From NCBI GenBank assembly GCA_031263015.1, contig JAISGN010000007.1:313-64312 (forward strand): DNA of 64,000 nt. Direction: 5' to 3'. This DNA is from Bacteroidales bacterium. Its GTDB lineage: Bacteria; Bacteroidota; Bacteroidia; Bacteroidales; P3. Below, piece after piece: positions 45,515 through 54,091 of the stretch. Within the stretch, counting starts at the first letter, position 1; each line of letters opens with the position of its first letter. A program made the translations under genes and the position numbers. The notes below the pieces were generated by a model that had not been told where the DNA came from, made no database searches, and saw only the letters and a list, made by a program, of their open reading frames with translations.

Positions 45515-45522
45515 TATCTTTG
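45515..45522 (+). promoter_or_regulatory. -7 box (TATCTTTG) of the M20 peptidase gene
   Basis: This is an exact TAnnTTTG match, 35 nt upstream of the ATG at 45557. Confidence 0.5.
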
Positions 45523-45556
45523 CATACTTGAATTTGTAAATATAATACTTGACAAT

Positions 45557-46924
45557 ATGGAAAAATTAAATCAATTCATAGACCAGAACAAGCAAAGAAT
45601 ACTTGACGAACTTTTTAGTTTGCTGCGCATTCCTTCAATCTCATCGGATTCATCACACAAAGACGATATGATAAGGTGTGCCCAGAGATGGAAAGAACTG
45701 TTACTTGAAGCAGGTGTTGATAAATGCGAGATTATGCCGACAAAAGGCAATCCGGTTGTTTATGCAGAAAAAATTATTGACAAACAAAAGCCTACTGTTT
45801 TGGTGTATGGACATTATGATGTGATGCCTGTCGGCGAGAAAGAGTTGTGGCACAGCGAGCCTTTTGAGCCTGTGATTAAGGATAACATAATCTGGGGGCG
45901 CGGAGCAGACGATGACAAAGGACAATCGTTTATGCACGCTAAGGCTTTTGAGTTCATGGTTAAGGAAAATTGCCTGCCGTGCAATGTTAAGTTTATGTTG
46001 GAAGGCGAGGAAGAGATTGGTTCAACGAGTTTGTATGATTTTTGCAGTGAGAACAAAGCAATGTTGCAGGCGGATGTGATTTTAGTTTCCGATACCTCTA
46101 TGATAGCGGCGGATATTCCGTCAATAACGACAGGGCTTAGGGGCTTAGGCTATGTTGAAGTGAAAGTAAAGGCTGCAAATAGAGATTTGCATTCGGGAAT
46201 CTATGGTGGTGCAGTTGCAAACCCTATTAACGTTTTGTGTCAAATGATTAGTAAATTGACAGATGAGAATAACCACGTAACAGTTACCGATTTCTATAAG
46301 GAAGTTTTGAATGTGTCGGATGAAGAACGTAGTTTGATGGCACAGGCTCCGTTTTCATTAGACAAATATAAAAAAGAATTGGGTATTAACAATATTCATG
46401 GCGAATCAGGTTTCTCTACCATTGAACGTACGGGCATAAGACCATCGTTAGACGTTTGTGGAATTTGGGGAGGCTATCAAGGAGAAGGCTCTATGACGGT
46501 AATACCTTCTGAAGCCTTTGCCAAGATTTCGTTTCGCTTAGTTCCGGACCAAGATTTTAATGTAATAACCGAGCGTTTTGTCAAATACTTTAAATCTCTT
46601 GCGCCGGACAGCGTAGAGGTTGAGGTTAAGGAGCTGCATGGAGGCTATGCCTATGTATGTCCTATTGATTTGCCGGCTTATCGTGCGGCAGAAAAAGCGT
46701 ATGAACAGGTTTATGGCAAACGACCCGTACCTACTCGTAGTGGAGGCTCTATTCCTATCATTGCAGGTTTTGAACGCATTTTGGGAATTAAGTCCGTGCT
46801 TATTGGATTTGGGCTTTCAACTGATGCAATTCACTCTCCAAATGAGAACTATCCGCTTACTCAATTATTTAACGGGATAAAGACGATTCCTTTGTTTTAT
46901 CAGGAGTTCGCAAAAACAAGATAA
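45557..46924 (+). CDS. M20 family dipeptidase
   Basis: The ORF is 455 aa. HYDVMP, GRGADDDKG and EGEEEIGS are metal-binding motifs of M20/M25/M40 peptidases. Confidence 0.9.
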   Translation: MEKLNQFIDQNKQRILDELFSLLRIPSISSDSSHKDDMIRCAQRWKELLLEAGVDKCEIMPTKGNPVVYAEKIIDKQKPTVLVYGHYDVMPVGEKELWHSEPFEPVIKDNIIWGRGADDDKGQSFMHAKAFEFMVKENCLPCNVKFMLEGEEEIGSTSLYDFCSENKAMLQADVILVSDTSMIAADIPSITTGLRGLGYVEVKVKAANRDLHSGIYGGAVANPINVLCQMISKLTDENNHVTVTDFYKEVLNVSDEERSLMAQAPFSLDKYKKELGINNIHGESGFSTIERTGIRPSLDVCGIWGGYQGEGSMTVIPSEAFAKISFRLVPDQDFNVITERFVKYFKSLAPDSVEVEVKELHGGYAYVCPIDLPAYRAAEKAYEQVYGKRPVPTRSGGSIPIIAGFERILGIKSVLIGFGLSTDAIHSPNENYPLTQLFNGIKTIPLFYQEFAKTR

Positions 46925-46966
46925 TAATATTTATATTAGATATTGTTTTTATTAAGTAATTTTTCG

Positions 46967-46974
46967 TAACTTTG
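46967..46974 (+). promoter_or_regulatory. -7 box (TAACTTTG) of the second GLUG gene
   Basis: This is an exact TAnnTTTG match, 19 nt upstream of the ATG at 46993. Confidence 0.5.
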
Positions 46975-46992
46975 CAGCCTAATTTTTAATTA

Positions 46993-49446
46993 ATGATACA
47001 AATGAAGTTAATATTATTTTTAATAACAATTGCAGGTTTTAGCATTTTGTCGGCACATAATAGTATGGATACTATTCATATTGCAACGCCTGCCGACCTT
47101 GTTGCCTTGTCCGACAGTGTTGCGACAGGCAATAATTATCTGAATGACACTATTTATTTGGATAATGATATTGATATGGCGTCTGTTCCGAACTTTACTC
47201 CAATCGGATCTACTAATTCTTTCAAGGGTTGTTTCGATGGACAGGGACATACTATAAACAATCTTACTATTACAAGTAATAATGAAAAGTTAGGCTTGTT
47301 TGGGGATGTACGAACGACAGATACAACAAAATTTATCAGAAATCTAACTATTGACAATGCGGATATTATATCTACAAATGTAAATGCACTTGGTGTTGGC
47401 GGATTAATAGGCTATATTTATGGTGCAATTAAAATTGATAATTGTCATATAACAAACAGCAATATAAAAAGCATTAACAATACAGGCGGATTGATAGGAA
47501 ACCTTAATGTTAGTGCAAATAATAAATATATCATAATACTAAATAGTTTTGTAAGGGGCTGCAACATTAAAGGGACTATTGTTGGGGGATTGATAGGGGT
47601 ATCTAATAAATTATATTCTATAAATAATTCTTATGTATCAAGCACAAAAATGACAGGAATGTATTCTTCCAATAGTTCTGTCGGAGGGATGATTGGAGCC
47701 ATATCAACGATTAATCCAATAGAGATTGATAATTGTTATGTAGCAGTTAGTATAGATTCCGCTATTTATGCTGGGGCTATTTGTGGAAATCCTTACAATT
47801 TAGCCTTAGTTCTTAACGTTGCCAACACATATTATAATGCCGACTGGCAAGGCTCTTTCATAAATCATACAACGCAAACCACAGCCGTATCAAAAACGAA
47901 AGAAGAAATGAAAGACTCTTCTTTTGTCGCATCTCTTAATACCGCAACTCCAAACCTTTTCAAGCAAGATATATGGTTAAACAACGGCTTTCCGATATTC
48001 GGCAATGAGATTTTTCCTAATCCTTTTGTCGTCAGAAACGGAACAACGATGACAATCCCTGCTGATTATAACGCCGCCATACCTGATAATATTTATATAG
48101 AATATGGTGGCTCGTTTATCAATAACAGCAACAAAAGTTATATAGCAACTCTTGAACGTCCTTTTTACAATATCAATTTCACCTTTGTTGGTGTGCCTTT
48201 TGCCTCTTGCGATTCGGTCAGGGCAGGGGATTATTTCGGCATCGTGGATACAACTTACAACAACGTGGAAGCAAATGAAAATTTTGACGGAATAACTTTG
48301 CTTAGATTTAATTATGATAATAACGATTGGATAAATGCTAATAACGAATACACTCTTCTTGGTTACAACAGCAAACTAAGTCTCGGCAACGGCTACATTG
48401 CTTACACGAGCGACAAACGTTCCAATAGCAATGACGATAGCCTTATCGCCGCAATAGAAAAAGAGATTATTGTTCAGCATTACCAAGATACTCTCTTTAA
48501 CGGCGATTTCAATCTGTCGTTTAGCAATAACGGCACAGCCGATGTTCTTTATTACGCTCTGGCTAATCCTTATCCTGCCAACCTCTTTGCTAATAAATTT
48601 ATCAATGCCAATTCGCAAAACATAGACCTTTATTCGCTGCTTCCCAATAGCACATGGGCGACTTTGCCACCTGATACCATAAAAGCCGGAGATGGTTTCC
48701 TTGTAGGCATACCTAATTCCTCGCAACCGCAATCATTTTCCTTTAACACGGATATGCTTTTGCCGACTTCAAATTCAAATAAGATTGCAGCCAATTCAGA
48801 TTTAATCAGCATAGACGTTACTAACGGCAGGGGCTTGACAAAGGATATTTACCTTGCATACAACCAAGAGGCGAGCAATGGCTTTGATGGTTATGACAGA
48901 ACGAAGTTATTCGGTTTCAACAGCGAGATTTGTGAGCCTTATTTCGCTTTTGACGACCATTATTTAGCCGTAAGCAGTTTCTCAAATCTGCCTTACGAAT
49001 GCCCAATCAACATTATGTCTCGTTCAAACGGCGAAGAATCAATACAAATCACCTTTTCCAACGTTATAGATTCAGGTAACATTGCAACATACCTTATTGA
49101 CGGGCAGCAGGAGTTAGAGATTGCTGACGGATTTGCCTATAATACCACGATAAGCAGCGGCAATAATGCCAATCGTTTCAGGATTAGAATCGGCGAAAAG
49201 TCGTCTCTCGCCGATATTATCAACGAAAATCCCGTTAATATGTGGTTTGCCGACAATGCCATCAACATCAACGGCAATAATCTGACCTATATAAATGTTT
49301 ATAACACACTTGGACAAAAGGTTTTCGGCAAAAGAATCGGCGGAAACGAATACAAAGCCGACCTGAACCTCGTTTGCGGAATGTATTCCGCCAAAGCCAC
49401 AAGCATAAACGGCTCTAAAACAATCAAATTCTTTGTTAGCAGGTAA
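46993..49446 (+). CDS. GLUG-motif repeat protein with a T9SS C-terminal sorting domain (817 aa), paralog of 17389..22410
   Basis: It has a signal peptide. The N-terminal module is PADLVALSDSV…DIDMASVPNFTPIG…FKGCFDGQGHTINNL. GLUG motifs are present (GVGGLIG, NTGGLIG, IVGGLIG). The middle region is co-linear with the large paralog (ANPYPANL, ICEPYF, NANRFRIRI). The C-terminus is NVYNTLGQKVFGKRI…GMYSAKATSINGSKTIKFFVSR. Confidence 0.85.
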   Translation: MIQMKLILFLITIAGFSILSAHNSMDTIHIATPADLVALSDSVATGNNYLNDTIYLDNDIDMASVPNFTPIGSTNSFKGCFDGQGHTINNLTITSNNEKLGLFGDVRTTDTTKFIRNLTIDNADIISTNVNALGVGGLIGYIYGAIKIDNCHITNSNIKSINNTGGLIGNLNVSANNKYIIILNSFVRGCNIKGTIVGGLIGVSNKLYSINNSYVSSTKMTGMYSSNSSVGGMIGAISTINPIEIDNCYVAVSIDSAIYAGAICGNPYNLALVLNVANTYYNADWQGSFINHTTQTTAVSKTKEEMKDSSFVASLNTATPNLFKQDIWLNNGFPIFGNEIFPNPFVVRNGTTMTIPADYNAAIPDNIYIEYGGSFINNSNKSYIATLERPFYNINFTFVGVPFASCDSVRAGDYFGIVDTTYNNVEANENFDGITLLRFNYDNNDWINANNEYTLLGYNSKLSLGNGYIAYTSDKRSNSNDDSLIAAIEKEIIVQHYQDTLFNGDFNLSFSNNGTADVLYYALANPYPANLFANKFINANSQNIDLYSLLPNSTWATLPPDTIKAGDGFLVGIPNSSQPQSFSFNTDMLLPTSNSNKIAANSDLISIDVTNGRGLTKDIYLAYNQEASNGFDGYDRTKLFGFNSEICEPYFAFDDHYLAVSSFSNLPYECPINIMSRSNGEESIQITFSNVIDSGNIATYLIDGQQELEIADGFAYNTTISSGNNANRFRIRIGEKSSLADIINENPVNMWFADNAININGNNLTYINVYNTLGQKVFGKRIGGNEYKADLNLVCGMYSAKATSINGSKTIKFFVSR

Positions 49447-49500
49447 CATAACCTGATTTGAGTTTGCGGTACTATTGATTTAATGAAGTAAAAGCAAGAT

Positions 49501-49743
49501 ATGAAGAAATTTATAGCCTTGTCGCTTGTCCTGATTGCGAGTAGCCTGATATCATTGCAAGCACAGACGGCACTACCCGCCTTAGGCGAATTCAGAGAAG
49601 AGCCTCCGCCGACCACAGATGAAGCAGGGGAGGACGATAGCTTCAATTCACAAACACCAATCGGCACTTCAACCTTACTCTTATTGGGTTTGGGCGGAGC
49701 ATTTGCTGTTTGCAAAGTCGGTTCGGATAAAAGAAGACAATAA
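49501..49743 (+). CDS. small secreted protein with a C-terminal hydrophobic helix and basic tail (80 aa)
   Basis: It has the signal peptide MKKFIALSLVLIASSLISLQAQ and an acidic Pro-rich middle. It ends …TPIGTSTLLLLGLGGAFAVCKVGSDKRRQ. Confidence 0.5.
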   Translation: MKKFIALSLVLIASSLISLQAQTALPALGEFREEPPPTTDEAGEDDSFNSQTPIGTSTLLLLGLGGAFAVCKVGSDKRRQ

Positions 49744-49845
49744 ACGCCCGTATCGGCATTGTGAATCCGCAATCCGTTTTCATAAAACCTTATTTAATTT
49801 TTTTAATATCAGCAACGGATAAAATAATGCTTGATAATCCGTTAG

Positions 49846-49930
49846 CGAAAGGCTGCTTGGTAAAAATATAATGTCAAATTAATCTCTGTGTGAGATACAC
49901 CGACACGCACAAACCGCCTTTGATGAAAAT
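49846..49930. repeat. degenerate head/array element in reverse orientation
   Basis: The sequence is cgaaaggctgcttggtaaaaatataatgtca…caccgacacgcacaaaccgcctttgatgaaaat. It matches the reverse complement of the 30699-30745 head, interrupted by a ~23-bp insertion. Confidence 0.55.
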
Positions 49931-49935
49931 TTATG

Positions 49936-49943
49936 TATATTTG
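49936..49943 (+). promoter_or_regulatory. -7 box (TATATTTG) of frr
   Basis: This is an exact TAnnTTTG match, 67 nt upstream of the ATG at 50010. Confidence 0.45.
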
Positions 49944-50009
49944 CATTTCTTATTATAATATTTTAGGAGAATAAACGATTAAAATACAACACTAAAAAGT
50001 CATAAAACT

Positions 50010-50573
50010 ATGAGTGAAGGAACAAAAAAATTGTTGGAAGAAGCAAAACAGACTATGAGTGGGGCTGTGGCTCATTTGGATAAGGAATTGCTTAAATTAA
50101 GAGCAGGTAAAGCCACTCCGTCTATGCTTTCCGGCGTGAAGGTTGATTATTACGGCACGCCGACACCTATTGAGAACATCGGCAACATTAGTACCCCCGA
50201 CCCAAAACAAATAGTTATTCAGCCATGGGAAAAGAATATGCTGCCGATAATAGACAAGGCTATTCTGGCTGCTAATCTTGGCTTCACTCCAAAGGTGGAT
50301 GCCGACGTGGTTCGCATCATTCTGCCTCCCGTAACGGAGGAACGCCGCAAGGAATTGGTAAAAAGAGCCAAGACAGAGGCGGAAGACGGCAAGATAGCCA
50401 TAAGAAACATCCGCAGAAACATCAATGACAAGATTAAGAAACTGAAAGACGACGGCGTTTCGGAGGATGAGCTCAAGCAAGCCGAGAAAGAGTTGCAGGA
50501 TGTAACCGATAAATACGTCAAAGAGTGCGATGCCGTAGTTGCGGAGAAGGAAAAAGAAATTATGGCTATATAA
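50010..50573 (+). CDS. frr: ribosome recycling factor
   Basis: The ORF is 187 aa. LRAGKATPSMLSGVKVDYYG, PPVTEERRKELVK and IRNIRR are Frr signatures. Confidence 0.95.
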   Translation: MSEGTKKLLEEAKQTMSGAVAHLDKELLKLRAGKATPSMLSGVKVDYYGTPTPIENIGNISTPDPKQIVIQPWEKNMLPIIDKAILAANLGFTPKVDADVVRIILPPVTEERRKELVKRAKTEAEDGKIAIRNIRRNINDKIKKLKDDGVSEDELKQAEKELQDVTDKYVKECDAVVAEKEKEIMAI

Positions 50574-50580
50574 TACTCGT

Positions 50581-51798
50581 ATGAAGATACCTTTCTCGCC
50601 GCCCTTCATTGATAAAGACGTTATCAATGAGGTTGTGGATACTTTGGAAAGCGGTTGGATAACCACAGGACCAAAAGTTGCTGCATTGGAACGGGAAGTC
50701 GCTGAGTTCGTACATTGTTCCGCCGCTGTAGCAGTTAATTCCTGGACCAGCGGAGCAACTCTTGCTTTGCGCTGGTTTGGCATAGGCGAAGGCGATGAAG
50801 TCATTGTGCCGGCATATACCTATTGTGCTACCGCTATTGCAGTGATGGATTGCGGTGCAACGCCGATTATGGTTGATATAACGAAGAACCTGACCATTGA
50901 TACGGCACAAGTGGAGAAGGCAATCACCGAAAGAACAAAAGCAATCTTGCCCGTAGATATCGGAGGCGTGCCTTGCGACTATCAAAGTCTGCGAACAATC
51001 ATATCCAAACCTGAAATACGAAATCTGTTCCTTGCTAAGACGCAGCCGCAACTTGATTTGGGCAGAATATTGCTTGTTTCCGATTCGGCACATTCAATAG
51101 GCGCCAAATCGGAAGGCAGGAATATAGCCGAATTAGTTGATATCGCCGTGCTGTCTCTTCATGCCGTCAAAAACATCACTGCTGCCGAAGGCGGGATGAT
51201 TTGTTTGAATATGCCGAAACCTTTTAACAATGCGGAATTGTCTGCTCTGCTGAAAATCTTATCCCTTAACGGACAGACCAAAGATGCTTTGACCAAATCC
51301 CAAGCGGGCGGTTGGCGTTATGATGTGATGCCCGGCGGAATGAAAATCAATATGCCCGATGTTAATGCGGCGATTGCGCTGGCTCAATTGAGGAAATACG
51401 ACTACCTTCTGGCGGAACGTCAGCGTGTTCATAACAGATATTGTGCCGCATTGAGCAAATACGACTGGGCTATGCTGCCTGCGGGAAGCGATGCCTCATT
51501 TCAGTCTTCCTATCACCTGTTTCCGTTGCGCATAAAGGGCATCGGCGAGGAGCAACGCAACGAAATCATTTCTTATATGGCGGAACGGGGCATTGCGACC
51601 AACGTTCATTATATTCCTATGCCGCTTCTGACGCTGTTTAGGAACAAAGGCTACGATATTGCCGACTATCCTCAGTCTCTTGCCGCATATCAGCACGAGA
51701 TAACCCTGCCTCTGTATCCGCAACTGACCGATGAGCAGATTGATTTCATATTAGACAATCTTCTTGCGGCATATAAAGCCATTGTTCTTAGCGAATGA
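50581..51798 (+). CDS. DegT/DnrJ/EryC1/StrS family aminotransferase
   Basis: The start is set at MKIPFSPPFIDKD. It has the PLP-lysine region SLHAVKNITAAEGG and a typical sugar aminotransferase fold pattern. Confidence 0.9.
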   Translation: MKIPFSPPFIDKDVINEVVDTLESGWITTGPKVAALEREVAEFVHCSAAVAVNSWTSGATLALRWFGIGEGDEVIVPAYTYCATAIAVMDCGATPIMVDITKNLTIDTAQVEKAITERTKAILPVDIGGVPCDYQSLRTIISKPEIRNLFLAKTQPQLDLGRILLVSDSAHSIGAKSEGRNIAELVDIAVLSLHAVKNITAAEGGMICLNMPKPFNNAELSALLKILSLNGQTKDALTKSQAGGWRYDVMPGGMKINMPDVNAAIALAQLRKYDYLLAERQRVHNRYCAALSKYDWAMLPAGSDASFQSSYHLFPLRIKGIGEEQRNEIISYMAERGIATNVHYIPMPLLTLFRNKGYDIADYPQSLAAYQHEITLPLYPQLTDEQIDFILDNLLAAYKAIVLSE

Positions 51799-52370
51799 AA
51801 CGGGCTTTTGACGTCATAGCCTCCTTTTGCGGGCTTTTGGTGCTGTCGCCCCTGCTTTTGTTTCTGGCATTGTGGGTAGGATTGAGCAGCAAAGGCGGAA
51901 TATTCTATTGTCAGCAGCGAGTAGGGCGGCATAACAAAGACTTCACCTTATATAAGTTCCGTTCAATGCGTTTAAATGCCGATAAACAAGGACTATTGAC
52001 CGTAGGAGGCAGAGATAGCCGCATCACAAAAGCGGGTTACTTCATTCGCCGATACAAATTGGACGAATTGCCGCAGTTATTCAACGTTTTGCTGGGCGAT
52101 ATGAGCCTCGTGGGACCGCGACCCGAAGTAAGAAAGTACGTGAATATGTATTCGGAGGCACAGAAAGCCGTATTGAATGTGCGACCTGGCATCACAGACC
52201 CCGCATCCATTGCCTACCGCAACGAAAACGACATACTGGCATCTCAAAACGACCCCGAACGCTATTATATTGAGCAAATAATGCCTGCCAAACTTGCTAT
52301 AAATCTGCAATATATTGCTTCCGCAACGTTCTTATCGGATATAAAAACCATTTTCCGCACAATCGTTTAG
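51795..52370 (+). CDS. sugar transferase (small monotopic phosphoglycosyl transferase, PglC/WbaP C-terminal type)
   Basis: The ORF is 191 aa. KRAFDVIASF, the re-entrant helix, DELPQLFNVLLGDMSLVGPRP and PGITD motifs are present. An ATGA overlap links it to the upstream gene. Confidence 0.9.
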   Translation: MKRAFDVIASFCGLLVLSPLLLFLALWVGLSSKGGIFYCQQRVGRHNKDFTLYKFRSMRLNADKQGLLTVGGRDSRITKAGYFIRRYKLDELPQLFNVLLGDMSLVGPRPEVRKYVNMYSEAQKAVLNVRPGITDPASIAYRNENDILASQNDPERYYIEQIMPAKLAINLQYIASATFLSDIKTIFRTIV

Positions 52371-52398
52371 ACAAAACGCTATTTGCCGCCAACATTCC

Positions 52399-53406
52399 TT
52401 ACCAAGACCACCCTCTTTCTTTTAACCATTGCTTTGCCTTTTCATTTCCAAGCTGTGCGGCTTTCTGATAAAATTCTATTGCCTGTTCGTAACCACCTTT
52501 GCCTTCATAAGCCATTCCCATATCGTAGTATGCGTCCGCAGCATCGGGCTCTAATTCTATTACTTTCTTATAACATTCAATTGCTTTATCATATTGTTCG
52601 CCCCAATTCTTATAAGAAATTCCTATATTGAAGTATGCGTCCGCATAATCGGGCTCTAATTCTATTGCTTTCTTATAACATTCTATGGCTTTCTCATATT
52701 GTTCGTTCCAAACAACATAAGCATTTCCCATATTGTAGTATGCATCCGCAGCATCGGGCTCTAATTCTATTACTTTTTTATAACATTCTATTGCTTTCTC
52801 ATATTGTCCGTCCCAATCGTGATAAGCAAGTCCCATATTGTTGTATGCGTCCGCCAAATCGGGCTTTAATTCAATTGCCTTCTCATAATATTCAATTGCT
52901 TTCTCATATTGTTCGTTCCAAGTACGATAAACGTTTCCCATATTGTAGTATGCGTCCGCATAATCAGGCTTATATTTTAGTGCTTCGTTGTAACATTCTA
53001 TCGCTTTCTCATATTGTCCGTCCGAACCACTATAAGCATCTCCCATATTCTTGTATGCGTATGCGTTATATGGCTTTATGGCAATAACCTTTTCATAATA
53101 ACCAATGGCGGCTTCAAAATCCCCTTTTATTTGAGCAGCATACGCTTTTATAAGGTATTCTTCGGCAGTTTTAGGATTTGTTATGATTTCACCAAAACTT
53201 CTTACTTCTTCCTTTAATTCAGGCGTTGCGTCTTTTGGTTGCACCTTCCGTATCTCTTCTATTAGGTTTTCATACTTTTGAGTATCTTCTTGTTCCTTTT
53301 CTTTCTCTCTTCGTTTGTCTTTTTTCCTCCAATACCAAGTTATAACAAAAGTAAGCACTCCTATAGCAAGACCTCCAAACAAGAAATTCAAAACTTGTTG
53401 CATCAT
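52399..53406 (-). CDS. membrane-anchored TPR repeat protein (335 aa)
   Basis: It has the N-terminal TM helix FLFGGLAIGVLTFVITWYW, followed by ~7 tandem 35-aa TPR-like units (DAYxNMGxAYxxWxxQYEKAIECYKKxIELxPD). A TAAGTTTG box lies at 53427-53434 on the minus strand. Confidence 0.85.
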   Translation of the reverse strand: MMQQVLNFLFGGLAIGVLTFVITWYWRKKDKRREKEKEQEDTQKYENLIEEIRKVQPKDATPELKEEVRSFGEIITNPKTAEEYLIKAYAAQIKGDFEAAIGYYEKVIAIKPYNAYAYKNMGDAYSGSDGQYEKAIECYNEALKYKPDYADAYYNMGNVYRTWNEQYEKAIEYYEKAIELKPDLADAYNNMGLAYHDWDGQYEKAIECYKKVIELEPDAADAYYNMGNAYVVWNEQYEKAIECYKKAIELEPDYADAYFNIGISYKNWGEQYDKAIECYKKVIELEPDAADAYYDMGMAYEGKGGYEQAIEFYQKAAQLGNEKAKQWLKERGWSW

Positions 53407-53765
53407 TATCAGATAATTTAAGTCTGCAAACTTATTAAAAAACTTTTAAATCAAGCATTATCGCACTTTGGCACGATTATTGATATATGAAAGTTGAGAA
53501 AACCAAAACATTATGAGAACACAACAAAATATTATGAAGAAAAACCGCACCGAAACGCCGCAAAAGTCTATCGCAGACCAAATAGTGTGCTGTGAAAACA
53601 AAGTTGTATCTTCTGCGTACCTGATAACGGCGGCGTCTTTGTGCGTTATGTGCCTGCGGACGTAAGTCTCACGCCAACACAACCTCAACGCATCGGATTA
53701 AAATCAACGAAGGGCGGCTCTTAAACGGGCTTCCCTTCTTTTTTTGCCTTTTTTCGCCGCCACAG

Positions 53766-53877
53766 AATCAAATTACAGAATTCTATAATCAAGTTTCAGA
53801 ACTCTGTAATCAAATTACAGAATTTTGTAATCAAGTTTCGTGATTCCGAAGTCAAATAATGTCCGTGCGACACGCAC
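53766..53877. repeat. 21-bp-phased array (alternating A/B units, giving a 42-bp super-repeat) ending in a reverse-orientation hairpin head
   Basis: The units are aatcaaattacagaattctat / aatcaagtttcagaactctgt / aatcaaattacagaattttgt / aatcaagtttcgtgattccga / agtcaaataatgtccgtgcga. The head GTGCGACACGCAC lies at 53865-53877. Confidence 0.85.
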
Positions 53878-53951
53878 TCTCACGTTGATGGCATCAAATT
53901 CCTTGAAAATATGGTCAAAAAACACTCAAATAAACGCAAATTATGCAATGA

Positions 53952-54056
53952 ATGGAATCAAATAATATAAAAATGAAGTCAAAAATCACCCGAATAAAAG
54001 CAGATTATAAAAGCGATAAAAGCAAATAATATAAAAATATTGTCAATTCGCCACGC
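53952..54056. repeat. A-rich 21-bp-phased units shared with the 55871-55912 element
   Basis: The units are atggaatcaaataatataaaa / atgaagtcaaaaatcacccga / ataaaagcagattataaaagc / gataaaagcaaataatataaa / aatattgtcaattcgccacgc. Confidence 0.6.
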
Positions 54057-54091
54057 ACCGAAACCTAATTTTTGCGGCACATTCCTTACCA

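Noticed and set aside
50097-50804. A 235-aa minus-strand ORF overlapping frr and the DegT gene. The same applies to other long antisense ORFs: 31608..32177, 32683..33174, 28395..28895, 14641..15084, 50566..51093, 61282..61818 and 5449..5886.
   Set aside because: Each lies fully inside a strongly supported gene on the opposite strand and has no recognisable motifs.
52383-53087. Antisense periodic ORFs in the TPR genes: 52383..52631, 52635..53087, 53014..53217, 54116..54346 and 55168..55455.
   Set aside because: They mirror the 105-bp repeat periodicity of the sense TPR genes (MRPHNRALILLLSYNI… iterations). The sense strand has clear TPR motifs, signal/TM sequences and promoters.
53513-53750. 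A 50-aa Cys-containing small ORF at 53513..53665 (MRTQQNIMKKNRTETPQKSIADQIVCCENKVV…CVMCLRT), followed by a GAAGGG…CCCTTC-T7 hairpin at 53709-53745.
   Set aside because: There is no TAnnTTTG box upstream and no recognisable fold or homolog. The hairpin has only a 6-bp stem with an 18-nt loop. This is too weak to call as a gene, but it is worth a glance in RNA-seq data.
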